From contig CAXXXF010000010.1 of NCBI GenBank assembly GCA_963667175.2, positions 1-64,000 of the forward strand: a stretch of DNA of 64,000 bases. The letters are read 5' to 3'. This DNA comes from Candidatus Latescibacterota bacterium (GTDB lineage: Bacteria; Latescibacterota; UBA2968; GCA-2709665). Below the pieces are notes generated by a model, which saw only the letters and a list, made by a program, of their open reading frames with translations, did not search any database and was not told the origin of the DNA. The first letter of the stretch is position 1. Every line of letters starts with the position of its first letter. Made by a program: the position numbers and the translations under genes. This document shows positions 1-10,133 of the stretch, one piece after another.

Positions 1-2
1 CC

Positions 3-1880
3 GCGACGCTGGGCGTCCTGACGGTGTGGGTCGTATTCGCCATCGGCCGCCATCTGGCGGGCATCCGGACGGGCGTGCTTGGCGCGGCCTTTCTGGCGTT
101 TTGCGCCGGGCATATCCAGCAGTGCCACTTCTATACCGTGGACGTGTCCCTCGCGTTCTGGACGACCCTCGGCGTCTACCTGATCCTGAAACTGCCGTCC
201 CGCCGTACTCCCCTCTACCTGGTGTGCGGGTTGGTCTGCGGCATGGCGGCCGGCACACGGCTGATGGCGGGCATGCTGTGTCTGCCCTTTCTGCTGGCGC
301 ACGTATGGCCCGCGCAGACGCCGTTGGAGACCGGAGGAGATCAACGCGGGAAGCGGAAACGAAGGCTGAATTGGATGGCGGCCGGGGCCCTATGGGTCCG
401 GGACCGTCTGAAACGGACGTTCACCCCGCGAACGCTGCTTTGCGCAGCGGTCGTGGTTGCGGTTGCGGTGGTCTGCGAACCCCTCCTGCTCAAGCCCGGC
501 GAGTTCTTCAGTTCGAAAGACATGCGGAACTTCCTGCCCAGCCTGAAGATCGCGAAAGGCGAGACGGTCCGCATCTGGGCCCTCTACGATTACGCCACCA
601 CGTCTTATCTGTTCTTCGTCACCCACCTGTTCCGGTACGCGCTGGGAACGCCCGTGGAAATTGCGGCCCTGTGCGGGATTGCGCTGGCCCTATGGAAGCG
701 GCAGAGAGGTTGGTGGATTCTGTTGGCCTGGCTTGCGCCGTACTTCTATATGGTGGCCGGGCTACACACCAAACCCCTTCGGTATACCATACCGATGCTA
801 CCCCTTATGGCGGTGATCGGCGCATGGGCCTGCGTCGAGGCAGCCGATTGGATGCGCCGGCGCCGGAAACAGTTCTGGGTCTACGCTCTGCCCGTGGCGC
901 TGGTGGTGATTCCCACGGCCGCCTACGGCATCGCGACGTCGCGCGTCTACCGTTCCAGCAGCCGGTTCGAGGCTGCAGGATGGATTGAGCGGAATATCCC
1001 CGAAGGGGCTGGTGTGCTGACCGAGCGGGGCGGGTATCCGACGGCCTGGATGGCGCCGGCGGACCGGTACAAGCGCAGGCTCGACGAGGCTGCCTGGTTT
1101 CTGTCCGCCGACGGCAACCTGCCCTACGAGGCGCACGTCGAATTCATTGAGAACCGTCTGTCCGGCATCGACTGGATCGTCGTGATCGAGGAAAACCGGA
1201 CGATACCGTTCAGGAACGTGCAGCGGCGATTCCCGATCGCCCACGCCTACTACCGCCGCCTGTCCGAACAGGCCCTGGGTTTCGAACGGGTCGCGGAATT
1301 CAAGGTCGCCCCGGAAGTCCTGGGATTCACCTATTCCGAAGCCGACGCCGAGCCCACGATCACGGGATTCGACCATCCCCGCGTTGTGGTGTACCGGCGT
1401 ACCAGCACGAACCTTCGGGAACTGCTCGATCGGTGGAAGGCGGATATCCGGACGGATCCGGCGCTCCCGGACAAATACGTCATCGACGGCGTAGACGCCT
1501 ACCGCCGCAATGACTGGAAGGAAGCGGAAAGGGCTTTCAAGCGCAGCCTGAGGGTGAAGCCGGAGTTTGCGCTGGGACGCCTTCTACTGCGCGAGGTATA
1601 TCTTGCTGAGGGCAGACAGGCCGACGCAAAGAGGGAACTTCGCAGGATTGCCGAATCGGGGCTGTCGGCCGGCGCGTACGTAGGGCTGATCCGGGTTGGC
1701 CTGACGGAAAGGGGAGCGACGTACCTCGAGAAGTACCTCGAATTGTCAAAAAAGAAGCTGACGGACGATCCCGTTCTGCAGCAATACGGCTGGCTGATCC
1801 ATAAGATCAATGCGGAACAACGTGCGGCGCGCGATGAACCGGCTCAAGTGTCGGAAAGCAAGGCGCCGCCGTCGAACTGA
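3..1880 (+). CDS. Membrane glycosyltransferase, GT39/PMT-2 (ArnT-like), with C-terminal TPR-like region; 5' partial
   Basis: Frame is open from the window edge. Multiple TM helices, HFYTVD and RY.IP motifs, GFDHPRV motif, and a C-terminal TPR-like segment (GVDAYRRNDWKEAERAFKRSL). Confidence 0.7.
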   Translation, partial: ATLGVLTVWVVFAIGRHLAGIRTGVLGAAFLAFCAGHIQQCHFYTVDVSLAFWTTLGVYLILKLPSRRTPLYLVCGLVCGMAAGTRLMAGMLCLPFLLAHVWPAQTPLETGGDQRGKRKRRLNWMAAGALWVRDRLKRTFTPRTLLCAAVVVAVAVVCEPLLLKPGEFFSSKDMRNFLPSLKIAKGETVRIWALYDYATTSYLFFVTHLFRYALGTPVEIAALCGIALALWKRQRGWWILLAWLAPYFYMVAGLHTKPLRYTIPMLPLMAVIGAWACVEAADWMRRRRKQFWVYALPVALVVIPTAAYGIATSRVYRSSSRFEAAGWIERNIPEGAGVLTERGGYPTAWMAPADRYKRRLDEAAWFLSADGNLPYEAHVEFIENRLSGIDWIVVIEENRTIPFRNVQRRFPIAHAYYRRLSEQALGFERVAEFKVAPEVLGFTYSEADAEPTITGFDHPRVVVYRRTSTNLRELLDRWKADIRTDPALPDKYVIDGVDAYRRNDWKEAERAFKRSLRVKPEFALGRLLLREVYLAEGRQADAKRELRRIAESGLSAGAYVGLIRVGLTERGATYLEKYLELSKKKLTDDPVLQQYGWLIHKINAEQRAARDEPAQVSESKAPPSN

Positions 1881-1895
1881 ACGAGGCACGGTGGC

Positions 1896-3765
1896 TTATT
1901 TCGGGAGCGTCACGATTCGCTCGTTCCCGTCCCCAAACACCACGCGGGCTGTCACCCCGGCATCCCCCGCCGACGCCTCGACCTCCGGCCGATCAGAAGC
2001 GTCCCCCGCGTGAATCGCCCACAACACCTCGATTTCCCGGCACGGATGAAACGGCCCGAACCCCCGATATTCAACGCCGACGCGATGCCGGCGGTACTGG
2101 TTGGATTCCGTGTACACGCTGGTCCGTTTTACGTCGCTCATCCGCCAGCATTCCATCTGTTCCGGAATCACTCTGGACAGAGACAACGTCACGCCGTTCC
2201 CGCCGGAATTCGGTCAGCCGTTCGTCGCCGGACACGTCCGCCCGGTGATGAAACAGCCACTCGAGGATCCGGGGTTCCTCCGACGAGACCCGGTCGTAGA
2301 CCAGGACCACGTCCGGTTTCAGAAAAGCAAGCGTGCGAAGGTAACGATCTAATTTCCCACCGTATGCCGCCGTTGCGTCGCCGACGGCTACGTCCACCAC
2401 CCCGCCCGCATCAAAAGAGACGATCCTGCCCGGATACTCGGCGCCGTAGCGCTGACCCTCCCCGTCCACCATCAGCGTATTGTGGCCGATCGTCCCGTTC
2501 CCGTCGAAGTTCCACCGCTGTCCGCCGGCGCTGTCGAAAAATCCCAGGTCGTGGCCGTACGGCCAGATCCCCTCGTCGATCAGCAGCCGTTCGCCGCGCG
2601 AGGAGACGACGAACGAGTTCGCGTCCAGTTGTGAATGGCCGACCGCGCTCGAACCCGATTTCAATCCGACGAACGTGGCCCGATCATCCCACCCGCTGCG
2701 CATGGTCACCACACCGGTCGTCGGATAACTTCGGGACGTCTCCTCCGGAATCGCGTCTGCCAGCGACGGGTCGTCCCAGATTACGCGTTCCACGGTTGCG
2801 TGGTCGCTTGCGCGCGCGGTTCTGGCCCAGTCGCCTCGTCGGCGCAGCCCGGCCAGCAGCAGCAGATAATCCAGACTCGCGCCGAGGGAGATTCCATTGT
2901 CATTGAAATTGTAGACCTGCCCGTCCGGTTCGGTGACGTGTACGATATAATCGCCCGTTATGCGCAACGCCGGATGCTCGAACAGGTCCACCGTGCCGCC
3001 GGTCGCCCGCTTCAGTCCCACGCCGAATTTGACGCCGTGTCCCAGCGTGCCCAGCCAGTATCCGGGGCCCTCTGCCCAGTCGCCTTCAGGCGGCACGAAA
3101 TCCAGGATATCCAGACATCCCGCCAGCGCGGCCGGCAGGACCGCGTCCAGGTCCGAGATCTCCTCGGCGCACGCGAGGGCCGCCGTACCCATTTCCCCGC
3201 AGCACATGATTTTCCAGTTCCAGTGGTAGTCCGGACTGGACCAGTGCGCGTCCTGTTTTTCCCACGTCTCCAGAAACCGCGCGACCGTGTACGCGTTGAT
3301 CCGTTCTGAAATCGACGTTGCCGCATCGTCCGGCCATGCCGACGCGCAGAGATCCGTCGAAATACCGATCGCCGACGCCACGTTCAGCATGGCGTGATCG
3401 CATCGCATGGGCCGGTGGGGCCGCGCCACCCACTCCTCCGGCGGAAACGAGAACATCACCTCCACGCCCTCCAGCGCCCTGGCCGCGAACGCCTCGTCCT
3501 CCAGGATGAAAGCGGCACTCGCCAGGGCCCGCAGCGGCGTCTGGCAGAAGTACGGAAGCTCCGGCTCGGCGCCGAAGAGATCTTCGCTGGCAGACGCTTC
3601 TCTCGCCGCCTCCGCAAGCTTGTCGACAAACCCCGGGGTCGCCCTCGCCCGTTCTCGAGCCCCGTTCACCTCCTCAGCGCCCAGCAGGACTCTCGGCCGC
3701 GTCTCAGGCGGCGCCACCGTCGCATTCGCCAGCTTCGCGAGCAGATCTTCAGAGAATGGTTTCAT
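1896..3765 (-). CDS. Heparinase II/III family protein (apparent +1 frameshift near 2200)
   Basis: NW..CCG, EGPGYW, MRSGW, GHSQLDANSF and GHNTLMVDG motifs. Removing one base of CCC at 2199-2201 joins ORF 2071-3765 to ORF 1896-2192 (…TEFRRNGVTLSLSR…). Confidence 0.75.
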
Positions 3766-3916
3766 TTATTGACTCCTTGATCGAACGTTCGCCACATTTC
3801 GTTTCGCACTTCAGCGATATCTTCAGAAGTTATTGGTTTCGCCTGTTCCCACAGGCCTTCGGGATTGAAGAGTTTCCCTCGATTGTCGTCCTGCGAACCG
3901 GGCGCCTGTCACATAA

Positions 3917-4094
3917 CAGTCCGTTGAAAAAGTCGCTCCGCAGGCGAGGCCAAGTCACTGTGGCCGAAGACAAGGCGCGCGACCGACGCGAATCCCTGGA
4001 TTCGGGGAGGGAGCGCCTGCCTGCTGCAGGCAGGCAACGCCGTATTTCGGTCACAAGGGCCGCACGCAGCCGGATGGACTGTATCAACGGGCTG
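3917..4094. mobile_element. MITE-A copy 1 (IS5/IS1182-like ends, non-autonomous)
   Basis: Ends CAGTCCGTTGA…TCAACGGGCTG, flanked by ATAA on both sides; near-identical to 22566-22774. Confidence 0.8.
4016..4034. repeat. 19-bp CCTGCCTGC-T-GCAGGCAGG palindrome inserted in MITE-A
   Basis: Perfect palindrome; identical copies at 22695 and 49249. Confidence 0.85.
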
Positions 4095-4264
4095 ATAAGG
4101 ACGAGTTTAAATGCCAGGCCGCTTTCTTCGGTAATAATCACTTCCTCGCCATCAGGAAACTTGCTTATGGAACAAGCGTTTAAAATACTACTACTTGACA
4201 AATCATAACTATTTGCACGATGTTCTATGGTTTTTTAAACTGCCCTATCTTACGTGGGGGGTGC

Positions 4265-5112
4265 ATGTCTTTAGCAATTGTATTTAAAGGAACAGATGGA
4301 ATTGTAATGGCAACAGACAGTCGAATTACTATGACAAGTAGTCAAAAATCGGAGACGTTGAAAGGGAAGTATTTTCTACCTATGACAACACAACGAAACT
4401 TTTCGGCCTCAACCATGACCGTAAATACGGATCGGTTGTGGCTGGTGTTGTCACCTATGGTTTAGGTGCAATTGGATTGGAAAAACCAAGAACAGTTTTC
4501 AGCTATGTGTCTGAATTTGAAAAGATCATTTTTGAAGAAAATGAAATGGGTGACGCCTTCACAATGTCATTGTTGGCGATGGGGCTTAGTTTATTTTTTA
4601 GTACTGAATGGCAAAAGACCGGAATGCCAACGGCTGAGAAATATGAAGGACCAGATATTTATTTTAAGATTGCTGGATTTGACAAGGATGAGCCTTATGG
4701 CAAAGTGTTCGGCTTCTCCATACCTTCCAGTCCTGAACCCGAAGAAGAATTCATAGGAGCAAATTTCGGCGTCATTCCTGGTGGACAAACAGAATTTATG
4801 GAAAGGTTGTTAAACGGCTATGATCCCAATCTACCGTCATATCTTAGAGAATCCGGGATGGATGAGAAAACAAGCGAGACTTTTTCAAAAAACCACATTG
4901 GCAAATTAGCGATTCCCATACCCTATCAGTTCCTTACACTTCAAGATAGTGTTGATTTCTCTGCATTTCTAATAAAAACCACGATGCTGCTGCAATCCCG
5001 GAGTATTGGCATTAGAGGAGTTGGTGGCGCTATTGATATTGCTACCATTACCAAAACCCAGGGGTTTGACTACATATCCAGGAAGCAGATCGTTACTCCA
5101 ACCTTTTCATAG
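4265..5112 (+). CDS. Proteasome beta-subunit-like Ntn hydrolase (about 282 aa once a -1 frameshift near 4344-4348 is corrected)
   Basis: N-terminus MSLAIVFKGTDGIVMATDSR, then TTKLF, AGVVTYG, IAGFD and C-terminal GVGGAIDIATITK. G-rich RBS. Adding one A to the A5 run fuses the two ORFs. AT-rich. Confidence 0.7.
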
Positions 5113-5122
5113 GGGGAATAAC

Positions 5123-5383
5123 ATGGGCCCTTACGAACGTTCAATCGAAATCAAGACGCGCACAGTTTATTTTGGTGAGGAACACTGGCAAAAAAGCAAC
5201 AGAGGGACTCACTTTTCTTGGATATCCTTCAGGTATTCAAATACACTGCTGTCCAAGAACCGTCGAATTCCCAGAGATAAGGTTCGAAAAACGGCTTCAA
5301 ATGGGCGATTTTGGACGGGTTTGACCCAGATAATGAAAACCAGGTTGCCATTGTCTGCGCAATGCTGTCCAAGACCAAAGTGA
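5123..5383 (+). CDS. Small hypothetical protein following the proteasome-like gene (3' part uncertain)
   Basis: AGGGGG RBS overlaps the upstream stop; ATG at 5123. The 3' half runs into the TGCTGTCCAAGA repeats. Confidence 0.3.
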   Translation: MGPYERSIEIKTRTVYFGEEHWQKSNRGTHFSWISFRYSNTLLSKNRRIPRDKVRKTASNGRFWTGLTQIMKTRLPLSAQCCPRPK

Positions 5384-5530
5384 CTATTCCAACGGCCATA
5401 ATTGTGCTGTTTCCGTCTCAATAAGCCAGTGAAATAGGCAATTTGTGAGTCTCAGGCGACCTTGGTCAAGGCATTGCTTCTCGAGAGTGAACCAGATGCT
5501 GTCCAAGACTGAAACCGATTTTTGGACAGG
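5247..5530. repeat. Three units beginning TGCTGTCCAAGA and closed by an imperfect inverted TTGGACRG/TTGGTC
   Basis: 12-mer at 5247, 5363 and 5497; partner inverted motifs at about 5311, 5462 and 5522. Confidence 0.55.
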
Positions 5531-5548
5531 TGTGATTCAAATAAGAAG

Positions 5549-5557
5549 TGGTATAAT
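5549..5557 (+). promoter_or_regulatory. Extended -10 promoter element (TGnTATAAT)
   Basis: Exact TGGTATAAT in an AT-rich intergenic region. Confidence 0.4.
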
Positions 5558-5627
5558 GTTTCCAGAAGACACGAGCACAAAGTAAACGGTCAAGACAAAG
5601 GGAAAATTTCATTGAACTATTCCCGCT

Positions 5628-5670
5628 CACAGCAAAACGGCCCGATCAGAGATCGGGCCGTTTTGCTGTG
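5628..5670. terminator. 20-bp perfect inverted repeat, probable bidirectional terminator
   Basis: CACAGCAAAACGGCCCGATC-AGA-GATCGGGCCGTTTTGCTGTG lies between convergent units. Confidence 0.65.
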
Positions 5671-5764
5671 TAATTCGCTCTACGTTGGCGTTTTGGCAAA
5701 CGCCAACCAAACTACAAAACAGACCATCTCTGTCAAGTGAAATCGTCACCCATCTATCACAAAT

Positions 5765-7597
5765 TCAACCGACTTGTGGACTGCGCCCGGACGGAGTTTC
5801 CGGATGCGGCCAGATCTGGCAGACAACATTTGCCATCCACTTACCGCGCTGTTCGATGTGGTTCTCATCCCAACTATCGGTAGACTCTCTTAACAGCCTA
5901 TTGTTCATAAACAAGTTGTCCGAATGCCCTATTAGTTTACGCTTGAAATGCCATGAACGATTGCTCATACGCTTGTTCAGGCCACCCCTGATCAGGGTCA
6001 AATTGCCTAGCGTTTGGATCATGGCGTCTCGACGTGCACCAACCTCATCATCGTCCTCGTCGAGCAGGTTTGGCCATTCTTCGTCTCGCCAACCAAACGG
6101 CATCAAGTGTTCCACTTCGAGACCATCGGGAACCATCTGCTGCCCAGCGTCTTGCGAAATCAGACTTTCCTCTATGGCTTCCAATACGAGCCGCTGGACG
6201 TGCCGCGGTATCTTGCGTGTCACGACCGCGTGGTGGACATCCACATCGTGTGGCCATCGACTGTTGGCCTGTGTGTATAGCATCAGGCGGTCCCTAATTA
6301 TATTCGCCAGTACGTCGTGATTGTGGTCTTCTTCTGAAATCGACCTCAGTATTTCCAACCCAATTCTATCGTAACTGCGGGCTTGGTGACCGACTACCAA
6401 CCGACGAATCAGAAAACTCTCGAGGTGATTGAAACTCTCGGCACGAACATCATCAGGGCACCCGGATTCTTTAAACCTTCTATTCAGTTCGAAGATCAAA
6501 GGCCACCACGCCCCTACATCAAGCCGAAGCCGCCGATTGTGGAAACGCCGTTCGACGGTAGTCGCCGGCTGGATACGTTGCTCGTATTTCTCAAAATATC
6601 CGGCATCGCTAATGAATTCTTCTCCGACATCCACCAGACGTTCTGAACGCCAGTTTACGAAATTCTGGAATTCTCGAAAGACCCGCCTTACGCCGACCAT
6701 CTCTATCGTCTTCGACTCCAGCCAATAATCTGCAAACACGTCAGATCGAGGACGTTTTTGTGCACCCCGCCCGACCTCTTTCCGCCACCACATCTGATCG
6801 AATGTGTCAAGATATCGGTCGAAGAACGAGTCCTGGTCTACGTCGGGTTCGGCATCGGCCTTGAATAGCATGAAGTTTTTGATCTTGTCCCATTCCGTCA
6901 GAGGTGCGCCGCGGGCGTTCAGCGTTTCAAAGATCTTGTGCTCCTCCTCGTGGGGGTCGAGATAAATCGCCACCACCCTCAAACCGTGGAGGATCGCTCT
7001 CCTCAAGGCAATCGCGAGCACCTCGACAGAACCGTTTTGAACAAAGAACCATTGATTGGCCGATTCACGAAAATACCTGTAGCAGTCACCCATCGGACCT
7101 TTGATGTCCATCTTGTCGGCCGCAGGATTCATCGCTTCGATGAACCCGTCGTAGTGTTCGCTGCCATGAGTGATCTTGAGGTATTCTGGTGAAAACGCGT
7201 TAGTTTGGGGTTCATTCGAAGTCAATCGCACTATCGGTCCGGCTTGATTCGCCAATTCTCGTTCACCCAATTCGTCCGATACGGCTGACATCATCAACTG
7301 CAACGTCGTCAAGCGTTGTTGTCCGTCTATAACTCGCCATTTCTTAGCCTCATCTGGCGTATACCCACTTAGCTTTAGCACCAATGTGCCGAAGAAATGG
7401 GACTCCGTTGGCTCGTTCTCATTCGATTCCTGTTTCTTCACCTGGCTGCACAGGTTCTTCGCGATTTCGGTTACATCTTCCCAGAGAGGAGCCCACTGAT
7501 CTTCCTCGGTCCAAACGTACAGACGCTGGTAGCGCGGCACAACATAGATCAGGCTTCCATTGAATACATCTGAAACTGTGCGGTTCATTGGCTCCAC
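5765..7597 (-). CDS. GmrSD-type (DUF262 + DUF1524/HNH) type IV modification-dependent restriction endonuclease
   Basis: VPRYQRLYVW, IDGQQRLTT, FETLNARG, EVEHLMP and LGNLTL…N motifs. GTG start at 7597 follows GGAGGG. Confidence 0.9.
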   Translation of the reverse strand: MEPMNRTVSDVFNGSLIYVVPRYQRLYVWTEEDQWAPLWEDVTEIAKNLCSQVKKQESNENEPTESHFFGTLVLKLSGYTPDEAKKWRVIDGQQRLTTLQLMMSAVSDELGERELANQAGPIVRLTSNEPQTNAFSPEYLKITHGSEHYDGFIEAMNPAADKMDIKGPMGDCYRYFRESANQWFFVQNGSVEVLAIALRRAILHGLRVVAIYLDPHEEEHKIFETLNARGAPLTEWDKIKNFMLFKADAEPDVDQDSFFDRYLDTFDQMWWRKEVGRGAQKRPRSDVFADYWLESKTIEMVGVRRVFREFQNFVNWRSERLVDVGEEFISDAGYFEKYEQRIQPATTVERRFHNRRLRLDVGAWWPLIFELNRRFKESGCPDDVRAESFNHLESFLIRRLVVGHQARSYDRIGLEILRSISEEDHNHDVLANIIRDRLMLYTQANSRWPHDVDVHHAVVTRKIPRHVQRLVLEAIEESLISQDAGQQMVPDGLEVEHLMPFGWRDEEWPNLLDEDDDEVGARRDAMIQTLGNLTLIRGGLNKRMSNRSWHFKRKLIGHSDNLFMNNRLLRESTDSWDENHIEQRGKWMANVVCQIWPHPETPSGRSPQVG

Positions 7598-8346
7598 GAA
7601 CGCCCTCCAAGAGTATCCAACGAAGTTTTCGCCACGACGTCGGCTCGGCTGTTTGTGAAAAAAGGTAAAACCCGTGTCGCAAATTGCGTCAACGTGCCAA
7701 TATAATAAGATTTCGTTGAATAAATGCTGATAAATGAGATGTTGTTGCTGATTTTTTGATGAAATCCAGTGTTTTTTGCCAATGAGACACGGAATTGCGA
7801 CAGTCGAGGGGATCATCGGGGAACCGGCACCGAGGGAAGGAGCGGCGGCGCTGCATGTTCAGTATACTTCGACAGGCAGGCTTGTAGGGCGGGGACGAAT
7901 GACGAACGCGCACGTTCATCCCATGCCGAAGGAAGTCCTTCGTCTGCCGGACGGTTTTCAGGATGACAGTACGGGTGAACGAGTAGCAGACGGGAGAAGG
8001 AGACGATAGCGACCACGTTTCGTCTGATTCAACAGGAACGGACCTTGCAGACATATTGCGCCTGAGTTCACCGTCATGTGTCAATAATTAAGATTGCAAT
8101 TACATTCTACATGTGGTACCTACATTTCCTACGATCTCTTGAAACGGTTCCAGCAGATGAAACGGGAGAGCATGGCCCTGAATGATGCTGGGGATGTTGT
8201 CCGGCGGTATTTTAGGGTGAGGATGCGGGGGGCGAGCAAGAGCCAGAAAGCGGATCGAAAAATCCCGGCGGTTTCTGAAGAAGCAAGGTGTATCTCAGTA
8301 TCAGGTAGTACCGGTCGTTGGGCCTTTTTGTAGCGAGGAGGTTGAT

Positions 8347-8553
8347 ATGGGCGCCACAAGTGGCGCCAGGAAACTGATCAACCGCATTTTTTGGGGCGAG
8401 CGCCCTGAAGACGGGGTTGAAGAGACGACCGAAGACCGCTTTCTGGCTCAGTCATTGCAGATCGATGAGGATATGCGTACTGGCAAGAGCAGGACGTTAT
8501 CGGTTGAGGAGACCAGGAGAGAGTTGGAAAGGATAAAGAGGGGTGGAACTTGA
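8347..8553 (+). CDS. Small hypothetical protein (antitoxin-like C-terminus)
   Basis: Strong GAGGAGG RBS. The C-terminal EDMRTGKSRTLSVEE resembles addiction-module antitoxin tails. Confidence 0.45.
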   Translation: MGATSGARKLINRIFWGERPEDGVEETTEDRFLAQSLQIDEDMRTGKSRTLSVEETRRELERIKRGGT

Positions 8554-8690
8554 GGAAGCTCGCCGCTGGCGACCCTTCAGTTGTGAAATCGTGCAAGGGC
8601 GAGGGATCGAGTCGGTTGTGGTTGCGGTGACTGAAAGGGAGGGAGAAGAGGTCGGAACCGGTGGGCATGTCGCACCCCCGGTTCGTGTCA

Positions 8691-8879
8691 TCAGCCTTTG
8701 ATAAAAGGAATTATAATTGCGCCAACCACAAGAATGATGATTGCCCATAGCTTGCGGTCGATGCTGATATAGAGTTTTTCCATAAACTCGATGCGCTCGT
8801 TTCCTTGCTCGAATAGGCCTTCTAACTTTGCCAATCGTTCGGCGTGATAGACTTGATAGTCCTGCTGACCGGCAGACAT
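8691..8879 (-). CDS. Small coiled-coil plus single-TM membrane protein
   Basis: ERLAKLE coiled coil followed by hydrophobic LWAIIILVVGAIIIPF. Confidence 0.55.
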   Translation of the reverse strand: MSAGQQDYQVYHAERLAKLEGLFEQGNERIEFMEKLYISIDRKLWAIIILVVGAIIIPFIKG

Positions 8880-8935
8880 AGCGCACCTTCCGGGAAAGAT
8901 ATCTGGTTGTCATTTAACTATCTCTTCGGGAAAAA

Positions 8936-9586
8936 TTATGCCAAAGAGCCACAATTTGTCAAGAGAAAATTCAAAACTTCCTTTACTCCTCCGGTGGATT
9001 CTTTTGCTTTTCCGGTGACTTTCTTGTGGTGGGGAAAGAGATGCTGGACGGGCGTTCGGAACCCGGGCAGTAGGTTCCCGCCGTCAAGGGCGTCATCCGT
9101 TCCCAGCACGTCAACCTTCCGGGTCGAACGGTAGACGTGGACCATTCGCGTTTCGGGTTCCACCAGCCAGACCAGGCGGGTTCCGGCGGCGACGTAATCG
9201 ACAATCCTGGCGTGGACGTCGGCGAGGCGGTCCGACGGCGAAACCACTTCGACTGCCAGATCGGGGGCGAATGGCCAGTAGCCTACGGGGACGCCGGCTT
9301 CGGGAATGCGGTTGCTTGCGACGAAGGCGGCGTCCGGGGCGCGAACGACGTCGGGGTCCCGTTGGAGGATGAATCCGGTTTCGGCCCCGCATGAGACGCC
9401 GAGGTCGTGCGCTTCTACGTACTCGTCGAGCAGGCGCCCAATGCGTGCCCTGACGACGCCGTATTCCGCTCCGTTTGGCCTCTGGCGAATGATCTCTCCC
9501 TTTACAAGCTCACAACGTCCACCGCCGTCCGGCATGTGGAACAGTTCTTCGGCTGTCACGGGAGAAAATGGGGCCAGTACTGCCAT
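8936..9586 (-). CDS. Uma2 (DUF820) family PD-(D/E)XK endonuclease
   Basis: ELVKGEI, RAPDAAFV, APDLAVEVVSP and VWLVEP motifs; AGGAGG RBS. Confidence 0.9.
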   Translation of the reverse strand: MAVLAPFSPVTAEELFHMPDGGGRCELVKGEIIRQRPNGAEYGVVRARIGRLLDEYVEAHDLGVSCGAETGFILQRDPDVVRAPDAAFVASNRIPEAGVPVGYWPFAPDLAVEVVSPSDRLADVHARIVDYVAAGTRLVWLVEPETRMVHVYRSTRKVDVLGTDDALDGGNLLPGFRTPVQHLFPHHKKVTGKAKESTGGVKEVLNFLLTNCGSLA

Positions 9587-9767
9587 CCAGGACCTCCTGC
9601 AGTTTGGAGCACGGCGGGCGCCGCACGATTTCCCGGCGCCTTGACCTCATTCTTGTCCTTGTGTATGCAATACACTACTGTTATTTAGACGTTTATCGTT
9701 AACAGAAACTATACAGAAGTGCAACCAACAGGCCGAATAAAATTCGTAGATTTCTTTTTTTGTACAG

Positions 9768-9824
9768 AAAAAACCCGTTCTCGGTACCCTTCACTCTATT
9801 GAAGGGGAACCTGAAGAGCAGGTT
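9768..9824 (-). terminator. Hairpin plus U-tract downstream of the RelE-like gene
   Basis: CCCTTCA-6nt-TGAAGGG core stem with extended imperfect pairing, followed by TTTTTT on the minus strand. Confidence 0.5.
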
Positions 9825-9836
9825 CAGGACAGAGTC

Positions 9837-10133
9837 CTACTTCATGCGATCTAGACGATCATAAAACTTCTCATGCACGTCTATAAGGATTACCCGACCG
9901 GTTCCCTTGTTTTCTGATTGGATTGCCATCCTGTACGAGTCGTTCAAGCGCACTGCATAAACATCACTGAACCCATCCGCTAACTCCACCCGGCGACCGG
10001 GAGGAAGCTCTCCTTCGTAAAATTCCTTCACAACATCTTCGACGTTCTTTATTACCTGCGGAGGGACCTTCTGTAGATTACGTTTTTGCTTTATGGTCAG
10101 TGGATCAAGTTTAACGGGCAGGTCCAGCAGCAA
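9837..10133 (-). CDS. RelE/ParE-superfamily toxin
   Basis: 98 aa, basic; VYAVRLNDSYRM and C-terminal IDVHEKFY fit the RelE-like fold. Overlaps the upstream gene. Confidence 0.6.
   Translation of the reverse strand: MLLDLPVKLDPLTIKQKRNLQKVPPQVIKNVEDVVKEFYEGELPPGRRVELADGFSDVYAVRLNDSYRMAIQSENKGTGRVILIDVHEKFYDRLDRMK

Noticed and set aside
4340-4380. Programmed -1 ribosomal frameshift in the proteasome-like gene
   Set aside because: No in-frame X XXY YYZ slippery heptamer or clear stimulator; a homopolymer error is simpler given the other frameshifts in the window.
5247-5530. CRISPR array from the spaced TGCTGTCCAAGA repeats
   Set aside because: The repeat is only 12 bp, spacing is 116 and 134 bp, there are three copies, and no cas genes are present.
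7598-7816. N-terminal extension of GmrSD in the ORF track
   Set aside because: No domain-like content; a good RBS precedes the GTG at 7597 and DUF262 motifs begin right after it.
9768-9824. Integron attC site after the RelE-like gene
   Set aside because: It is a bulged hairpin with AAC…GTT ends but lacks RYYYAAC/GTTRRRY, ends in a T-run, and no integrase is present; a terminator explains it better.
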